Positions 28,482-37,977 of a stretch of DNA of 64,000 nucleotides are shown piece after piece; the stretch's first letter is position 1; the number at the start of each line of letters is the position of its first letter. Made by a program: the position numbers and the translations under genes. The stretch spans positions 1,247 through 65,246 of the forward strand of contig JAITOL010000150.1 of assembly GCA_031289955.1 (NCBI GenBank). Reading direction: 5' to 3'. This DNA comes from Synergistaceae bacterium. GTDB taxonomy: Bacteria > Synergistota > Synergistia > Synergistales > Synergistaceae. Under the pieces are notes generated by a model. The model saw nothing but the letters and a program-made list of their open reading frames with translations, searched no databases and was not told the origin of the DNA.

Positions 28482-28499
28482 GTTTGTTACCTCCCGCGC

Positions 28500-29435
28500 T
28501 TATGCGTTTTCTGTTTCCGGTTTATGAACGATAAAAGCTCTGAGCTTGGCGCTTCTTGATTTACGGTTTTTCTCAATTTCCTCGTCCGTCGGAACCATGG
28601 GCCGCCGCGTCTTCATGCTTCCCCTTCCATCCTGGGCCCAACGCTGGAACGTCTGCTTTATTATTCTGTCCTCGAGAGAGTGATACGCGATTACGATTAT
28701 CGCTCCGCCGTCGCCGGTTATATCGTACGCGCCTCCGAGTCCGTCCGGAATCGACTCCAGTTCTGAATTGACCGCAATTCGGAGAGCCTGGAAAATTCTT
28801 CTTGCCGGATGTCCTCCCATCCGCCTTTGCACAGGAGCTGGAAGAGATCGCCTGATAAGCGCCGTGAGCTCTCCCGTGGTATCGGAAACTTTGCCTTCGT
28901 TCCGCGCCCGCACTATCGCGCCCGCTATGCGAAAAGCGTGACGCTCCTCCCCATATTCCCGAAATATCCTGGCCAGTTCCGGAATGTCCGAATTTTTCAA
29001 TATGTCGGCCGCCGTCGGAATGTCGGCGTCTTCGTCCATCCTCATGTCGAGAGGCCCGTCCTCCTGAAACGAAAAACCTCGTTCAGGCGTGGACAGCTGC
29101 ATATTCGAGACCCCCAGATCGAACATGACGCCACAGGAATATCCGCCCATTTCGCTCGACAACTCGTCGGCCAAATCCCCAAGCGCGCTGAAATTGCGCG
29201 GCACGATCCGCAGCCTGTCCTTGTACTCGGACAATCTCGAACCGGCCATATCCCGCGCGTTTTTGTCCATGTCGAAACCGACCACTTTCACATTGGAAAA
29301 TTTTTCAAGGATCGCTTCCGCATGCCCTCCTCCGCCAAGAGTGCCATCGACGAAGTACGAGTCCCGCTCTTTGGGAACACAGGGTTCCAGTATGTCCAGA
29401 ACTTCGGATAGCATTACCGGCACGTGGCGCTCCAT
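28500..29435 (-). CDS. rsmH: 16S rRNA (cytosine1402-N4)-methyltransferase
   Basis: 311 aa with HVPVML, DGTLGGGGHAE and FDLGVSNMQL motifs. Confidence 0.96.
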   Translation of the reverse strand: MERHVPVMLSEVLDILEPCVPKERDSYFVDGTLGGGGHAEAILEKFSNVKVVGFDMDKNARDMAGSRLSEYKDRLRIVPRNFSALGDLADELSSEMGGYSCGVMFDLGVSNMQLSTPERGFSFQEDGPLDMRMDEDADIPTAADILKNSDIPELARIFREYGEERHAFRIAGAIVRARNEGKVSDTTGELTALIRRSLPAPVQRRMGGHPARRIFQALRIAVNSELESIPDGLGGAYDITGDGGAIIVIAYHSLEDRIIKQTFQRWAQDGRGSMKTRRPMVPTDEEIEKNRKSRSAKLRAFIVHKPETENA

Positions 29436-29436
29436 A

Positions 29437-29865
29437 CTACAGCCCCGGTATCAGGACGTTTATTTCCGTGGCGAGGGGCTCGGAATCGTTCATAAATTTC
29501 TGCCACGTTGATAAATCCCAGATTTCAAGCTTTTTATTGTTGCCGTTGACGCAGACGTCGGGCCCTATTTGCAGGCGGGAGCGCAATTTTTCAGGAACCA
29601 AAATACGCCCCATCGAATCTATCTCGAGATGAAAGGAATTCGCGAGCACACGACGCTTTATATCCGCCCCGGCCGTGGACTTCACCGCGATGTCCTCGAG
29701 CCGCTCGATGACGGATTCCCAGCTGCTTTGAGAATATACCGACACACAAGTCCCCTCGGTGATGGCCGCCACGACACGGGAACCCAATTCTTCCCGAAAA
29801 CACGCCGGGAGAACGAGTCTCCCCTTCGCGTCGATCTTATGGTCGAAGTTTCCTATGAGTCCCAT
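29437..29865 (-). CDS. mraZ: Transcriptional regulator MraZ
   Basis: Two SpoVT/AbrB-like halves with DAKGRLVLP and DSMGRILVP. Start set to the ATG at 29865 (MGLIGNFDHKID), 11 nt after AGGAGG (29882-29877). The ORF-track GTG at 29877 lies inside the Shine-Dalgarno sequence. Confidence 0.93.
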   Translation of the reverse strand: MGLIGNFDHKIDAKGRLVLPACFREELGSRVVAAITEGTCVSVYSQSSWESVIERLEDIAVKSTAGADIKRRVLANSFHLEIDSMGRILVPEKLRSRLQIGPDVCVNGNNKKLEIWDLSTWQKFMNDSEPLATEINVLIPGL

Positions 29866-29881
29866 AGCTTCCATCACCTCC

Positions 29882-29930
29882 TGACACTTTTTGCATTTTC
29901 ATGCCACTTGTATCCGTTTTCTGCCACTTT
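29882..29930 (-). promoter_or_regulatory. Three phased direct repeats, a candidate MraZ operator
   Basis: On the plus strand: TGACACTTT (29882-29890), TGCCACTTG (29902-29910) and TGCCACTTT (29922-29930), with starts exactly 20 bp apart. On the coding strand they read AAAGTGGCA / CAAGTGGCA / AAAGTGTCA, containing the GTGG-type core reported for MraZ sites. Confidence 0.55.
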
Positions 29931-29954
29931 AACATGGTATTGATGACTTTGCAA
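29926..29954 (-). promoter_or_regulatory. Candidate Pmra promoter of the dcw cluster
   Basis: On the minus strand: TTGCAA (29954-29949), a 17-nt spacer, then TAAAGT (29931-29926). An A/T tract (29967-29983) sits where an UP element would lie. The -10 element overlaps the distal repeat. Confidence 0.5.
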
Positions 29955-30071
29955 GTGCCGCAGATATTTTTTTTCCGAAAAAATAGCACACAATTACATA
30001 CGCAACTGTGTGTATACAAATAAATTTTCAAGTTGCAGCTTCCACTATTTGTATGCAGTTGCCATATCAGT

Positions 30072-30095
30072 AAAAATCGCATTTCCGAAATGCGA
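30072..30095 (-). terminator. Candidate terminator of the rimP...ribF unit
   Basis: 8-bp stem TCGCATTT (30077-30084) / AAATGCGA (30088-30095) with a 3-nt loop, followed on the minus strand by TTTTT (30076-30072). The stem is AT-rich and therefore weak. It lies 157 nt after the ribF stop. Confidence 0.5.
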
Positions 30096-30251
30096 CCCTA
30101 CAGATTTAAAAAATTCTTGTAAACAATTCGTAATGAAAAATATTTTCTAAATGGAGGAATGGGGTCTGTTGATGAACAATTAAATCGATATGGCGCAAAA
30201 GAATGTGGTGATCGTTAAAAAAGAAAGTTCAGTTGCGATTTTGCGTTATGT

Positions 30252-31187
30252 TTAATCTACGGACAATATGGATGCCCATTTTTTCCACAGTCTACTGTGG
30301 ACGGTAAGTTCGCGCTGCCCTATCGCCTCTATCGAGTCCGCATCCAGCGCCATCTGGCGCTTCAAGCTGTCGGGGCCGTCAAAGCGCCTTTCGTCTCGGA
30401 TGTGTTCCAACATGAAAACCGCTATCCGTTTATCATACAGGCAGCCGTCGAAACCGATCAGGTTCACTTCGAAGCGAATACCCTGTACGTCGGTAAACGT
30501 CGGGTTGAAACCTATATTGGCAGATCCCGCGTACCAATTGCCCATAGCGCGGACAACCGTGGCGTAGACGCCGCGGCGGCTTGTTACCTTCAACGGATTC
30601 ATATCGATATTTGCCGTAGGATATCCCAGCTCGCGGCCTCTCTCGTTGCCATGCACGACTCTGCCGAGACAGAAAAATGGATATCCCAGCATATCCCGCG
30701 CCCGCGGCATATCTCCCTCGGAAACGGATTCCCTTATTTCGGTGCTCGAGACCGGGGTATTTTCCCCGGTAAAAAGCGTCGGGACTATATCGCACTCCCA
30801 CCCGCGCCCCAGACATTCCTGCCTCAAAGTGTCCTTGTCTCCGACCCTGCCGCGCCCAAATCGGAAATCTTCTCCAACCACAACCCCGCGCACGCCGAAT
30901 TCGAGGGATATATAATCCAAAAATTCGCGCGGCGTCATATCCGCTATCTTCCGGGTGAAATCTATTTTGCGGGTGGAGGGAATATCAAAATACTCTTCCA
31001 GAATCAAGAGCTCTTCCGATGTAAAAAGCGACTTGAATCCCAGGCTCGAAAACAGCGCGTCCGGATGTCTTGTAAACGTAACGGTTCCCCACGTCGTACC
31101 GATGGATGCCGCGCGTTCGCGCGCTATTTCAAGGAGAGATCGATGACCTCTGTGAAAACCGTCGAACGCGCCTATGGCGGCTATCAT
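30252..31187 (-). CDS. ribF: Bifunctional riboflavin kinase / FMN adenylyltransferase
   Basis: 311 aa with IGAFDGFHRGH in the adenylyltransferase half and ELGYPTANI in the kinase half. Confidence 0.95.
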   Translation of the reverse strand: MIAAIGAFDGFHRGHRSLLEIARERAASIGTTWGTVTFTRHPDALFSSLGFKSLFTSEELLILEEYFDIPSTRKIDFTRKIADMTPREFLDYISLEFGVRGVVVGEDFRFGRGRVGDKDTLRQECLGRGWECDIVPTLFTGENTPVSSTEIRESVSEGDMPRARDMLGYPFFCLGRVVHGNERGRELGYPTANIDMNPLKVTSRRGVYATVVRAMGNWYAGSANIGFNPTFTDVQGIRFEVNLIGFDGCLYDKRIAVFMLEHIRDERRFDGPDSLKRQMALDADSIEAIGQRELTVHSRLWKKWASILSVD

Positions 31188-32128
31188 ATCGCCGTCTCCG
31201 TTTCCCGGGGCTCCAGTTTAATATTTATTTCGGGCATTATGGCGACCCCGCGGCATGTCGTCTCGATGCGTCCCAATGAGACCAGCGAAGCGGAGCGGAT
31301 CATTACCGCGGATTCAGGGCATTTGACTCCGTCCGATTCCCTTGAAACCAAAGATAGAGGGGGTATCCCCATGCCGTTGGCAAGACGCTCGGCGCCTGAG
31401 TCGTTCACTGTGTAACACGGTATGAAACGATCCATGCTCTCGATCGGTTGTATCGATGAGATAAGTTCGTCCTTCATATCCGATGGTTTCTCCCTCCACG
31501 TCAATGACCCGGCGAGGGAAAAGAAACCGACAGCCTCTCTCCTAAGAGAGGCTATGTGCGCCCCGCATCCAAGCGCCCTGCCCATATCCCGCGCTATCGC
31601 CCTCACATAAGCGCCCTTTCCGCATCTTATGCTCAATTCGACGCGTCCATCACGCGAAATGCCTCCAGCGCGAACGATGCTCTCGATGAATACAGGGCGG
31701 GGCTTTATATCCGGCGCCACTCCGGAACGGAAAATCTCGTGGGCCCGGCGGCCCCCCACATGCACAGCGGATACTTCCGGCGGCGTCTGCATCCTCCAGC
31801 CCAGGAAAGACGGTATCAAACCATCGATATCCGTTTCCGCCACGCGTTCGTGGTTTCCTGTTTCAGTCATGTCGCCGGTATAGTCGCAAGTGGAGGTCTC
31901 GCACCCGAGCCGCAGAACGGCCCTGTATATCTTGGGCATCCGCATGACGAGGTCGGATAATCGAGTGGCGCCGCCAAGGAGCATGACCAGAACGCCGCTC
32001 GCCGACGAGTCGAGAGTTCCTCCGTGCCCTATTTTCGTGCGCTTGTCTATGATTTTTTTTAACTGCTCGACACAGTATGAGCTGCGGAGTCCGACTGGTT
32101 TATCGATTGATATGAGGCCTTGAAACAT
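31184..32128 (-). CDS. truB: tRNA pseudouridine(55) synthase
   Basis: 314 aa with IDKPVGLRS and KIGHGGTLD motifs. ATGA overlap with ribF. Confidence 0.95.
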   Translation of the reverse strand: MFQGLISIDKPVGLRSSYCVEQLKKIIDKRTKIGHGGTLDSSASGVLVMLLGGATRLSDLVMRMPKIYRAVLRLGCETSTCDYTGDMTETGNHERVAETDIDGLIPSFLGWRMQTPPEVSAVHVGGRRAHEIFRSGVAPDIKPRPVFIESIVRAGGISRDGRVELSIRCGKGAYVRAIARDMGRALGCGAHIASLRREAVGFFSLAGSLTWREKPSDMKDELISSIQPIESMDRFIPCYTVNDSGAERLANGMGIPPLSLVSRESDGVKCPESAVMIRSASLVSLGRIETTCRGVAIMPEINIKLEPRETETAI

Positions 32129-33128
32129 GAGTCTCCATCTCTTGCCGCAATAAAGAAACAGCTTCGGGCAACGGCTCCATAATAGTGCATCCGGCAGCCA
32201 GGTCGTGTCCGCCTCCGCCGAATATCGACGCTACCTCCCGCGCGTTGAAAGGAGAACGCGCCCGTATGGACGCGCGGACGCCGGCGCATGAGGAACCGTC
32301 GGGTTCCATGAGTTCGCTGCACAGAGCCACCATTCTGACGCCTTTTATTCTCAGCAGAAAATTGACCAGGTTCTCAGTCGACTGCCGCGACGTCCCGGTA
32401 TCGATGAAATCCTCCCTGGACAGCCAATATATGGCGCAATTACCGTCGGCGAACGTAGTGGCGCGCGTCATGGCGGCGCCCCAAAGGCGCAGGACATCGG
32501 CAGTGAGGTTGGATTCCAGTTCTTCGGCTATCCTGTTGGGGGACACTCCCGCTTCCAGGAGTTTCATAGCGTAGTCATGGCTCTTGAGCGTGGTCGACGC
32601 AAAGCTGAAGCTCCCGTTATCAGAGACCATCGCCACGTAAAGCGCTACCGCCTCATCCTCGGTCATTCCCCACGGCGAAGACGTCAAAAGCTCCGTCACC
32701 ATCTCGCCGGTTGCTGACGCTGTGGGTTCCACCCAGTTAATGTCTCCGTATCGTTCGTTATCTATATGGTGATCGATATTTATTATCGGGCACGATAGAG
32801 GGCGTTCCCTGAGTCCCGGCATCGAGCGCGCCGCATTGCTCGTGTCCACGCACACGACCACGCCTCCGGAACCGGGGAAATCCTCCGGCATGCCGCGAAG
32901 CACAGTAAATTCAATATCATCGAGAAGGAACGAGTATCTTGTGGGACATGGATCGGCACAGGCGAAAACAACCTCTTTTGAGAGGCGCTTGCCCAGGCGC
33001 ATCAAAGCCGCGCCGCAGCCAATGGTATCGCCGTCCGGTTTTTCGTGGGATATAATGAGCCATCTGTCGCTCTTTTGAAGTATATCCAGTATATCTTCGA
33101 GCATGTTACGGAGATTTCCCCTGCCCAT
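32100..33128 (-). CDS. nrnA: DHH/DHHA1 phosphoesterase (NrnA-like oligoribonuclease / pAp phosphatase)
   Basis: 342 aa with ISHEKPDGD, NIDHHIDN and GGGGHDLAAG motifs. The start could instead be the ATG at 33104. Confidence 0.85.
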   Translation of the reverse strand: MGRGNLRNMLEDILDILQKSDRWLIISHEKPDGDTIGCGAALMRLGKRLSKEVVFACADPCPTRYSFLLDDIEFTVLRGMPEDFPGSGGVVVCVDTSNAARSMPGLRERPLSCPIINIDHHIDNERYGDINWVEPTASATGEMVTELLTSSPWGMTEDEAVALYVAMVSDNGSFSFASTTLKSHDYAMKLLEAGVSPNRIAEELESNLTADVLRLWGAAMTRATTFADGNCAIYWLSREDFIDTGTSRQSTENLVNFLLRIKGVRMVALCSELMEPDGSSCAGVRASIRARSPFNAREVASIFGGGGHDLAAGCTIMEPLPEAVSLLRQEMETHVSRPHINR

Positions 33129-33468
33129 CTTCTTTAATCACCCTGTCTATGAGGGCGTCTATATCGCGCGCATGGCGTTCGGAATCATCGAATATGAAGT
33201 GAAGCTCAGGTATCTGCCTGATGTGCATTTCCCTTCCGAGAAAACCCCTCATCCTCCCGGAGGACGCGTTGAGCGCCGATTGAAGCAACGGCACGGAAAC
33301 GTCGTCCAGCACAGTATAGTAAACCCTTGCGTGACTCAGATCGCGGGAACAATCGACATGAATCAATATGACGTCCCGCAGAACGTCGTTCTTCAGGCCG
33401 TTTGCGATAAATCCAGCCAGAAGCCTCAGAAATTCCCTGTTGAGTCTTTCAATTCTAAACGTCGCCAT
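33106..33468 (-). CDS. rbfA: Ribosome-binding factor A
   Basis: 120 aa. Follows infB as in the conserved nusA-infB-rbfA-truB order. Confidence 0.9.
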   Translation of the reverse strand: MATFRIERLNREFLRLLAGFIANGLKNDVLRDVILIHVDCSRDLSHARVYYTVLDDVSVPLLQSALNASSGRMRGFLGREMHIRQIPELHFIFDDSERHARDIDALIDRVIKEDGQGKSP

Positions 33469-33528
33469 ACGCGAATACCTCGTGCCGCATATCCAATATC
33501 ACAAATTCCCCATGACCGCATGTCCGCC

Positions 33529-35607
33529 TCATATATCGAGCGTCTTTTTCTCCGAGAGTATCTCATAAGCTTCAACTGTGTCGCCCTCCCGGAAGTCCTG
33601 AAACCCAGAGAAGCTGAAACCGCACTCGTTTCCGGCCGCTATTTCACGCACATCCTCCTTGAAATGACGGAGACCCGCTAAAGAGCCGTCCCAGACGACT
33701 ATTCCGTCCCGAACCACACGAACTTTCGTGCTGCGCTTTATGATGCCTTCCTGAACGAAACACCCGGCTATTTTGCCTATCTTGGGCAATTTAAACGTCG
33801 CCCTTATCTCGGCCTGTCCAACGATGTTCTCGCGGAGCGACGGCGCGAGCATCCCCTCCAGAGCGGCCTTTATATCCTCCTGCATGTCATATATCACCCT
33901 GTAAAGGCGAATCTGAACATTTTCCGTCTCGCTCAGTTTTTTAGCGTTCGAATCCGGCCTCACGTTGAAACCAATGACTATAGCGCCGGAGACTGAAGCC
34001 AGGGTCACGTCGGAGCCGGATATTCTGCCCACTCCTTCGTGCACGATGTTAATTCTGACTTCGTCGGTGCTCATCTTCATCAATGTGGAATGGAACGCCT
34101 CGAGCGATCCCTGTACGTCGCATTTAAGCACTACATTGAGTTGAGGCGTGTCGCTGGCCTGCATCTGATCGTACAGTTCCTCCAGCGTGAGCATCTGCCT
34201 TCCCTGCCCGGAAACGACGTCCTTCCGCGAAGACCGCGCGGCCATATCCCTGGCCTCGCGTTCGGAGGCTATAAGTTTAAATTTCTCCCCCGGCATCGGG
34301 ACATTTTCCAATCCCAGCACTTCTATGGGGGTGCTCGGCCCGGCGGATTCGATGGCGCGCCCCTTGTCGTCCAGCATGGCCCTGATTTTGCCCCAGGACG
34401 TATCAGTCGCTATTATGCTGCCCTTCCGGAGTGTGCCCTGCTGCACAATTACAGTGGCAACCGGCCCCTTGCCCTTGTCGAGGTTCGCCTCGACAACTAC
34501 GCCTTCCGCCGGAACCGTCGTGGAAGCCCTCAGTTCGGATATTTCCGAGACCAACAACACCATATCGAGCAGATTGTCGATTCCCTGTCCGGTCTTAGCG
34601 GAGAGCTCGACCATGATCGTGTCGCCGCCCCACTCCTCCGGCACAAGGCCGAAATCCGAGAGCTGCTGGCGTACCCTCTCAGGCTTTGCGTCCGGTTTAT
34701 CCACCTTGTTCACGGCTACTATGATCGGTACGCCCGCAGCCTTGGCGTGGTTCATGGCTTCGAGCGTCTGAGGCTTGACTCCGTCCTCCGCCGCGACGAC
34801 GAGTATCGCTATATCGGTGACGCTCGCGCCGCGCGCCCGCATCGCCGTAAAAGCTTCGTGTCCCGGAGTGTCCAGGAACACTATCTCGTTGTCGTTGTAG
34901 TTGACCTTATAAGCTCCTATGTGCTGCGTTATGCCGCCGGCCTCGCCCTCGGTCACGCGGGTCTTGCGGATGAAGTCGAGCAGCGTGGTCTTGCCATGGT
35001 CGACATGTCCCATAACCGTAACTATCGGAGATCTTGGCATTGCGTCCGGAGCGTGCGCAACCGGAACCTTGCGCTCAATTTTCGGCGCCGGTTTTGCCGA
35101 AGTTGAATTGCCCTCATCCTTTACCGGCGCCGGGGAATGATTCTCAGAGGTTCCCTTCGGCTCTGCCGGAGGCGCGGTTTGAGGTTCATCGTCCCCTCTT
35201 TTTATCTCGCAGTTGAAGGCCACGCTTATCACAGTCAACACATCGTCGGTCGGCGACGAATTGGCGGGTATCATAAAGCCCTCGTCTATCAGTATCTTGA
35301 CGACGTCGGCTGGAGATTTGCCCAATTTTTTGGCTATATCTCCGACGGTAGCCCTGTCGTCGATGTAAATCGTCTTCATTAATTTGACCGCTTCTCCTTC
35401 TGCGGAACCTGTTTTTTCCGGGGGGATACCCTCTCGAGTGGCGCCTGAGGACGAGGCGATATAATCCTCCACCACTTGCGCCGTCTCCATATCTATTGAA
35501 CTCATATGGGATTTAACTTCTATTTTCAGGTCTTTCAGTATGTCGAGCAGTTCCGGATTCGTGCGTCCGAGGAGTTTTGCAAGCTCATAAATCCTGATCT
35601 TATTCAT
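33529..35607 (-). CDS. infB: Translation initiation factor IF-2
   Basis: 692 aa with the GTPase motifs [17 protein letters not shown] and NKVD. Confidence 0.97.
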   Translation of the reverse strand: MNKIRIYELAKLLGRTNPELLDILKDLKIEVKSHMSSIDMETAQVVEDYIASSSGATREGIPPEKTGSAEGEAVKLMKTIYIDDRATVGDIAKKLGKSPADVVKILIDEGFMIPANSSPTDDVLTVISVAFNCEIKRGDDEPQTAPPAEPKGTSENHSPAPVKDEGNSTSAKPAPKIERKVPVAHAPDAMPRSPIVTVMGHVDHGKTTLLDFIRKTRVTEGEAGGITQHIGAYKVNYNDNEIVFLDTPGHEAFTAMRARGASVTDIAILVVAAEDGVKPQTLEAMNHAKAAGVPIIVAVNKVDKPDAKPERVRQQLSDFGLVPEEWGGDTIMVELSAKTGQGIDNLLDMVLLVSEISELRASTTVPAEGVVVEANLDKGKGPVATVIVQQGTLRKGSIIATDTSWGKIRAMLDDKGRAIESAGPSTPIEVLGLENVPMPGEKFKLIASEREARDMAARSSRKDVVSGQGRQMLTLEELYDQMQASDTPQLNVVLKCDVQGSLEAFHSTLMKMSTDEVRINIVHEGVGRISGSDVTLASVSGAIVIGFNVRPDSNAKKLSETENVQIRLYRVIYDMQEDIKAALEGMLAPSLRENIVGQAEIRATFKLPKIGKIAGCFVQEGIIKRSTKVRVVRDGIVVWDGSLAGLRHFKEDVREIAAGNECGFSFSGFQDFREGDTVEAYEILSEKKTLDI

Positions 35608-35951
35608 CCGTTCAACGTCCCCCCTATCTTCAACAATTCTTTTAATTTTTTCACAAAACCGCTCCCCAAGGGAAGCGCCACTATTTGAGCATTATTTAAG
35701 CCAAGCGCCGCGCCAAGCTTCTCGCGCGAAACGGCATCCAGCGTGCGGCGTTCGCCGGGATTTCCCTCCGTCCGGCGCAGTACATTTATGGAACAATCGC
35801 AGGACGTCAACATAAAAAGAGCGCTGCCGGCCTTATGGGCGCGAAGCACCTGATCCTGGCCTATCAAAAGCTCCCCGGAGGCCCTGGCCAGTCCGAGCAG
35901 AGAGAGCGCCCGGCCATGATCTTCAGCCGTTTTCCCCACATCCACGATCAA
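35604..35951 (-). CDS. L7Ae/L30e-family RNA-binding protein (YlxQ-like)
   Basis: 115 aa located between ylxR and infB, as in Firmicutes-type nusA operons. TTG start at 35951, exact start uncertain. Confidence 0.75.
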   Translation of the reverse strand: MIVDVGKTAEDHGRALSLLGLARASGELLIGQDQVLRAHKAGSALFMLTSCDCSINVLRRTEGNPGERRTLDAVSREKLGAALGLNNAQIVALPLGSGFVKKLKELLKIGGTLNG

Positions 35952-36198
35952 CGCACAACTCCTCTATGCGGGTATATATCTCCTTAGGTACTGGGTGCTT
36001 CAGCGCGCGGGACAACGCGTTTTTTTTCGCGGCCAGCCGCAAGCATTCTATTCTGGAACAGATATATGCGCCCCGTCCCGGAGACGCGCCTTTGTCGTTT
36101 ACGCTCACATCCCCGCCCGGAGAGCGAACCACCCTGAGCAGTTCCGTCTTGGGGCGTTCCAACCCGCAAGCCACGCATTTTCTCAGGCGCGGAGTCAT
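35923..36198 (-). CDS. ylxR: YlxR-family (DUF448) RNA-binding protein
   Basis: RKCVACG...ELLRVV motif. Start moved to the ATG at 36198, which overlaps the nusA stop (TGATG). The ORF-track start is 36222. Confidence 0.85.
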   Translation of the reverse strand: MTPRLRKCVACGLERPKTELLRVVRSPGGDVSVNDKGASPGRGAYICSRIECLRLAAKKNALSRALKHPVPKEIYTRIEELCVDRGCGENG

Positions 36199-37325
36199 CA
36201 GTCTTTTGGAAGATCCTCCCACAGCGACTCTCCGGTTGTTTTTATTATATCGTCGAACAGGTCGTGCAGTGTTGGCAATCTCTCCGGTTCTATCACCTTA
36301 ATATCTATCTTCCATCCGGTGAGGCGGGCCGCTAAGCGTACGTTCTGTCCCGCCTTGCCTATGGCCAGGGACAACTGATCCTGACGGACAAAGACGCGGA
36401 GTGAATGTTCCTGCTCCAGCACCGGCTCTATTTTGGCAACTTTGGCAGGAGAGAGGGCGTTGCGCACAAACTGCATCGGATCGTCGTTCCAGATGATTAC
36501 GTCTATCCTCTCGCCGCCGAGCTCGTCGCTGATGGATTTTATCCGGGCGCCGCCGTTGCCCACGCACGCGCCCACAGGATCCACGTTCATATCGAGAGAC
36601 CGCACCGCCGCCTTGGCTCGCGCGCCGGCCTCTCTCACGATCGATTTTATCTCGACCGTTCCCTCGGCTATCTCGGGCACCTCCATCTCCATAAGGCGCT
36701 TCAGAAGACCGGGGTGCGTCCGCGACACTATTATACGGGGACCACGCGTCGTTTTCCTTACATCTAGCAACAGAAATTTCCTGCGTTCCCCGGGCGGATA
36801 CGACTCGAGAACGATCCTCTCCTCCTTGGGGAGAAGAGCGTCGGTGCGGTCGTTAACCCGAACCAGTATCTGATCGCCCTCCGCTTTGAATATAGTTCCC
36901 AGCACCATGTCGCCTATGTGATCGGCAAATTCGTTAAAAATAATCTGACGTTCAGCGTCCTTAAGACGCTGAATTATCACCTGACGCGCGGTTTGAGCCG
37001 CTATACGGCCGAAATTTTCAGGGTTTACCTCTATGTATGCGTAATCCCCCACTTCCAGCTCCGCATGGCCGTTGCTCTTTGCCTGTTCAGTCGTCCACTC
37101 GGCGTCCGGAGTGGCGACCTCGTCCACGATGTGATACTTCTCGGCCATGGATATTTCTCCATTAGTGAGGTTTATATAAACTTCCACAACCTGGTTGCCG
37201 TTTTTGTATTTTTTATATGCCGAAGCCATGGCGGCCTCAAGGCTCGACGCTATTATCTCAACAGGAAGGCCTTTTTCAGTCTCTATCTGTTTTAAAGCTT
37301 TGACAAAATCCTTTCCGAGCTGCAT
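36198..37325 (-). CDS. nusA: Transcription termination/antitermination factor NusA
   Basis: 375 aa with an N-terminal domain, an S1 domain and two KH domains (LAIGKAGQNVRLAARLTGWKIDI). No C-terminal acidic repeats. Confidence 0.96.
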   Translation of the reverse strand: MQLGKDFVKALKQIETEKGLPVEIIASSLEAAMASAYKKYKNGNQVVEVYINLTNGEISMAEKYHIVDEVATPDAEWTTEQAKSNGHAELEVGDYAYIEVNPENFGRIAAQTARQVIIQRLKDAERQIIFNEFADHIGDMVLGTIFKAEGDQILVRVNDRTDALLPKEERIVLESYPPGERRKFLLLDVRKTTRGPRIIVSRTHPGLLKRLMEMEVPEIAEGTVEIKSIVREAGARAKAAVRSLDMNVDPVGACVGNGGARIKSISDELGGERIDVIIWNDDPMQFVRNALSPAKVAKIEPVLEQEHSLRVFVRQDQLSLAIGKAGQNVRLAARLTGWKIDIKVIEPERLPTLHDLFDDIIKTTGESLWEDLPKD

Positions 37326-37339
37326 ATATTTTCCCCCCT

Positions 37340-37837
37340 TTAGCTTTTTTTGCCCTTCTTCTCGCCCTTATGTTCTATATAAGCTAAATTCCCTTTTTTT
37401 ATATCTCCGAACGGGACGGACAGTTCTCCTCTGTCCCGCGTGCTCATAACCAAAACCCCGTTCACGCATGAAACAATACGGCCCGAGACCACGCCCAACC
37501 GACCGGTTTTCACCGAAGCGTCGAGACCGACAAAACGTCCGTAGTGTTCTTCGGTATAAAGAGGGCGCTCTATTCCCGGAGAGCTTACCTCGATAAAATA
37601 TTTTCCGGGGAAAAAACCCGTTCCTTCGCTATCGGCAGCATCAAAACACTCCGACAAAGTTCGCGAGACCTTCTCGCAATCTTCATGCCTGACGCCGCCC
37701 GCGGTATCTATGTAAACCTTAAGTATCGTGTTTCCTCTCGACGCGCGGAGCTCCGTCCATACACATTCGTATCCCAGTTTCTCCGCAGTGTCCTCGGCAA
37801 TTTTTTTCAAAACCGCTCCGTCGAGCCCCGAAACCAT
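37340..37837 (-). CDS. rimP: Ribosome maturation factor RimP
   Basis: Lies upstream of nusA. The first 20 codons of the ORF-track version (GTG at 37897) are the terminator hairpin itself, so the start is moved to the ATG at 37837 (MVSGLDGAVLKKIAED). Confidence 0.88.
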   Translation of the reverse strand: MVSGLDGAVLKKIAEDTAEKLGYECVWTELRASRGNTILKVYIDTAGGVRHEDCEKVSRTLSECFDAADSEGTGFFPGKYFIEVSSPGIERPLYTEEHYGRFVGLDASVKTGRLGVVSGRIVSCVNGVLVMSTRDRGELSVPFGDIKKGNLAYIEHKGEKKGKKS

Positions 37838-37864
37838 CAAACCACCGATCCCTCGCGTAAGCCT

Positions 37865-37895
37865 AAAAAACGAAGAGTGGGAAATCCCACTCTTC
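37865..37895 (-). terminator. Strong rho-independent terminator in the rimP-nusA leader (also ends the upstream guaB unit)
   Basis: 11-bp stem at 37872-37882 / 37885-37895 (GAAGAGTGGGA / TCCCACTCTTC). It is followed on the minus strand by G and TTTTTT (37870-37865). Confidence 0.85.
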
Positions 37896-37921
37896 ACAAA
37901 TGTTCCGTGCAGACTGAAAAG

Positions 37922-37949
37922 ATTATACCATCAAATTCCAAAAATACAA
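37922..37949 (-). promoter_or_regulatory. Candidate strong promoter of the rimP-nusA-infB operon
   Basis: On the minus strand: TTGTAT (37949-37944), a 16-nt spacer, then the extended -10 TGGTATAAT (37930-37922). It lies between the stop of the small ORF and the leader terminator. Confidence 0.6.
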
Positions 37950-37977
37950 TCAGAACTCCCCGAAAACGTTTTACCCA

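Noticed and set aside
29837-30082. 81-aa minus-strand ORF overlapping the mraZ start and promoter region.
   Set aside because: It is Cys/Lys-rich, lies in the AT-rich regulatory spacer and overlaps the mraZ Shine-Dalgarno sequence and start. It shows no coding signal.
30120-30215. Small plus-strand ORFs (10-19 codons, for example the one starting at the ATG at 30151) in the ribF-mraZ spacer.
   Set aside because: They are very short, the spacing from the Shine-Dalgarno-like GGAGGA to the ATG is 0-1 nt, and they have no recognisable peptide features.
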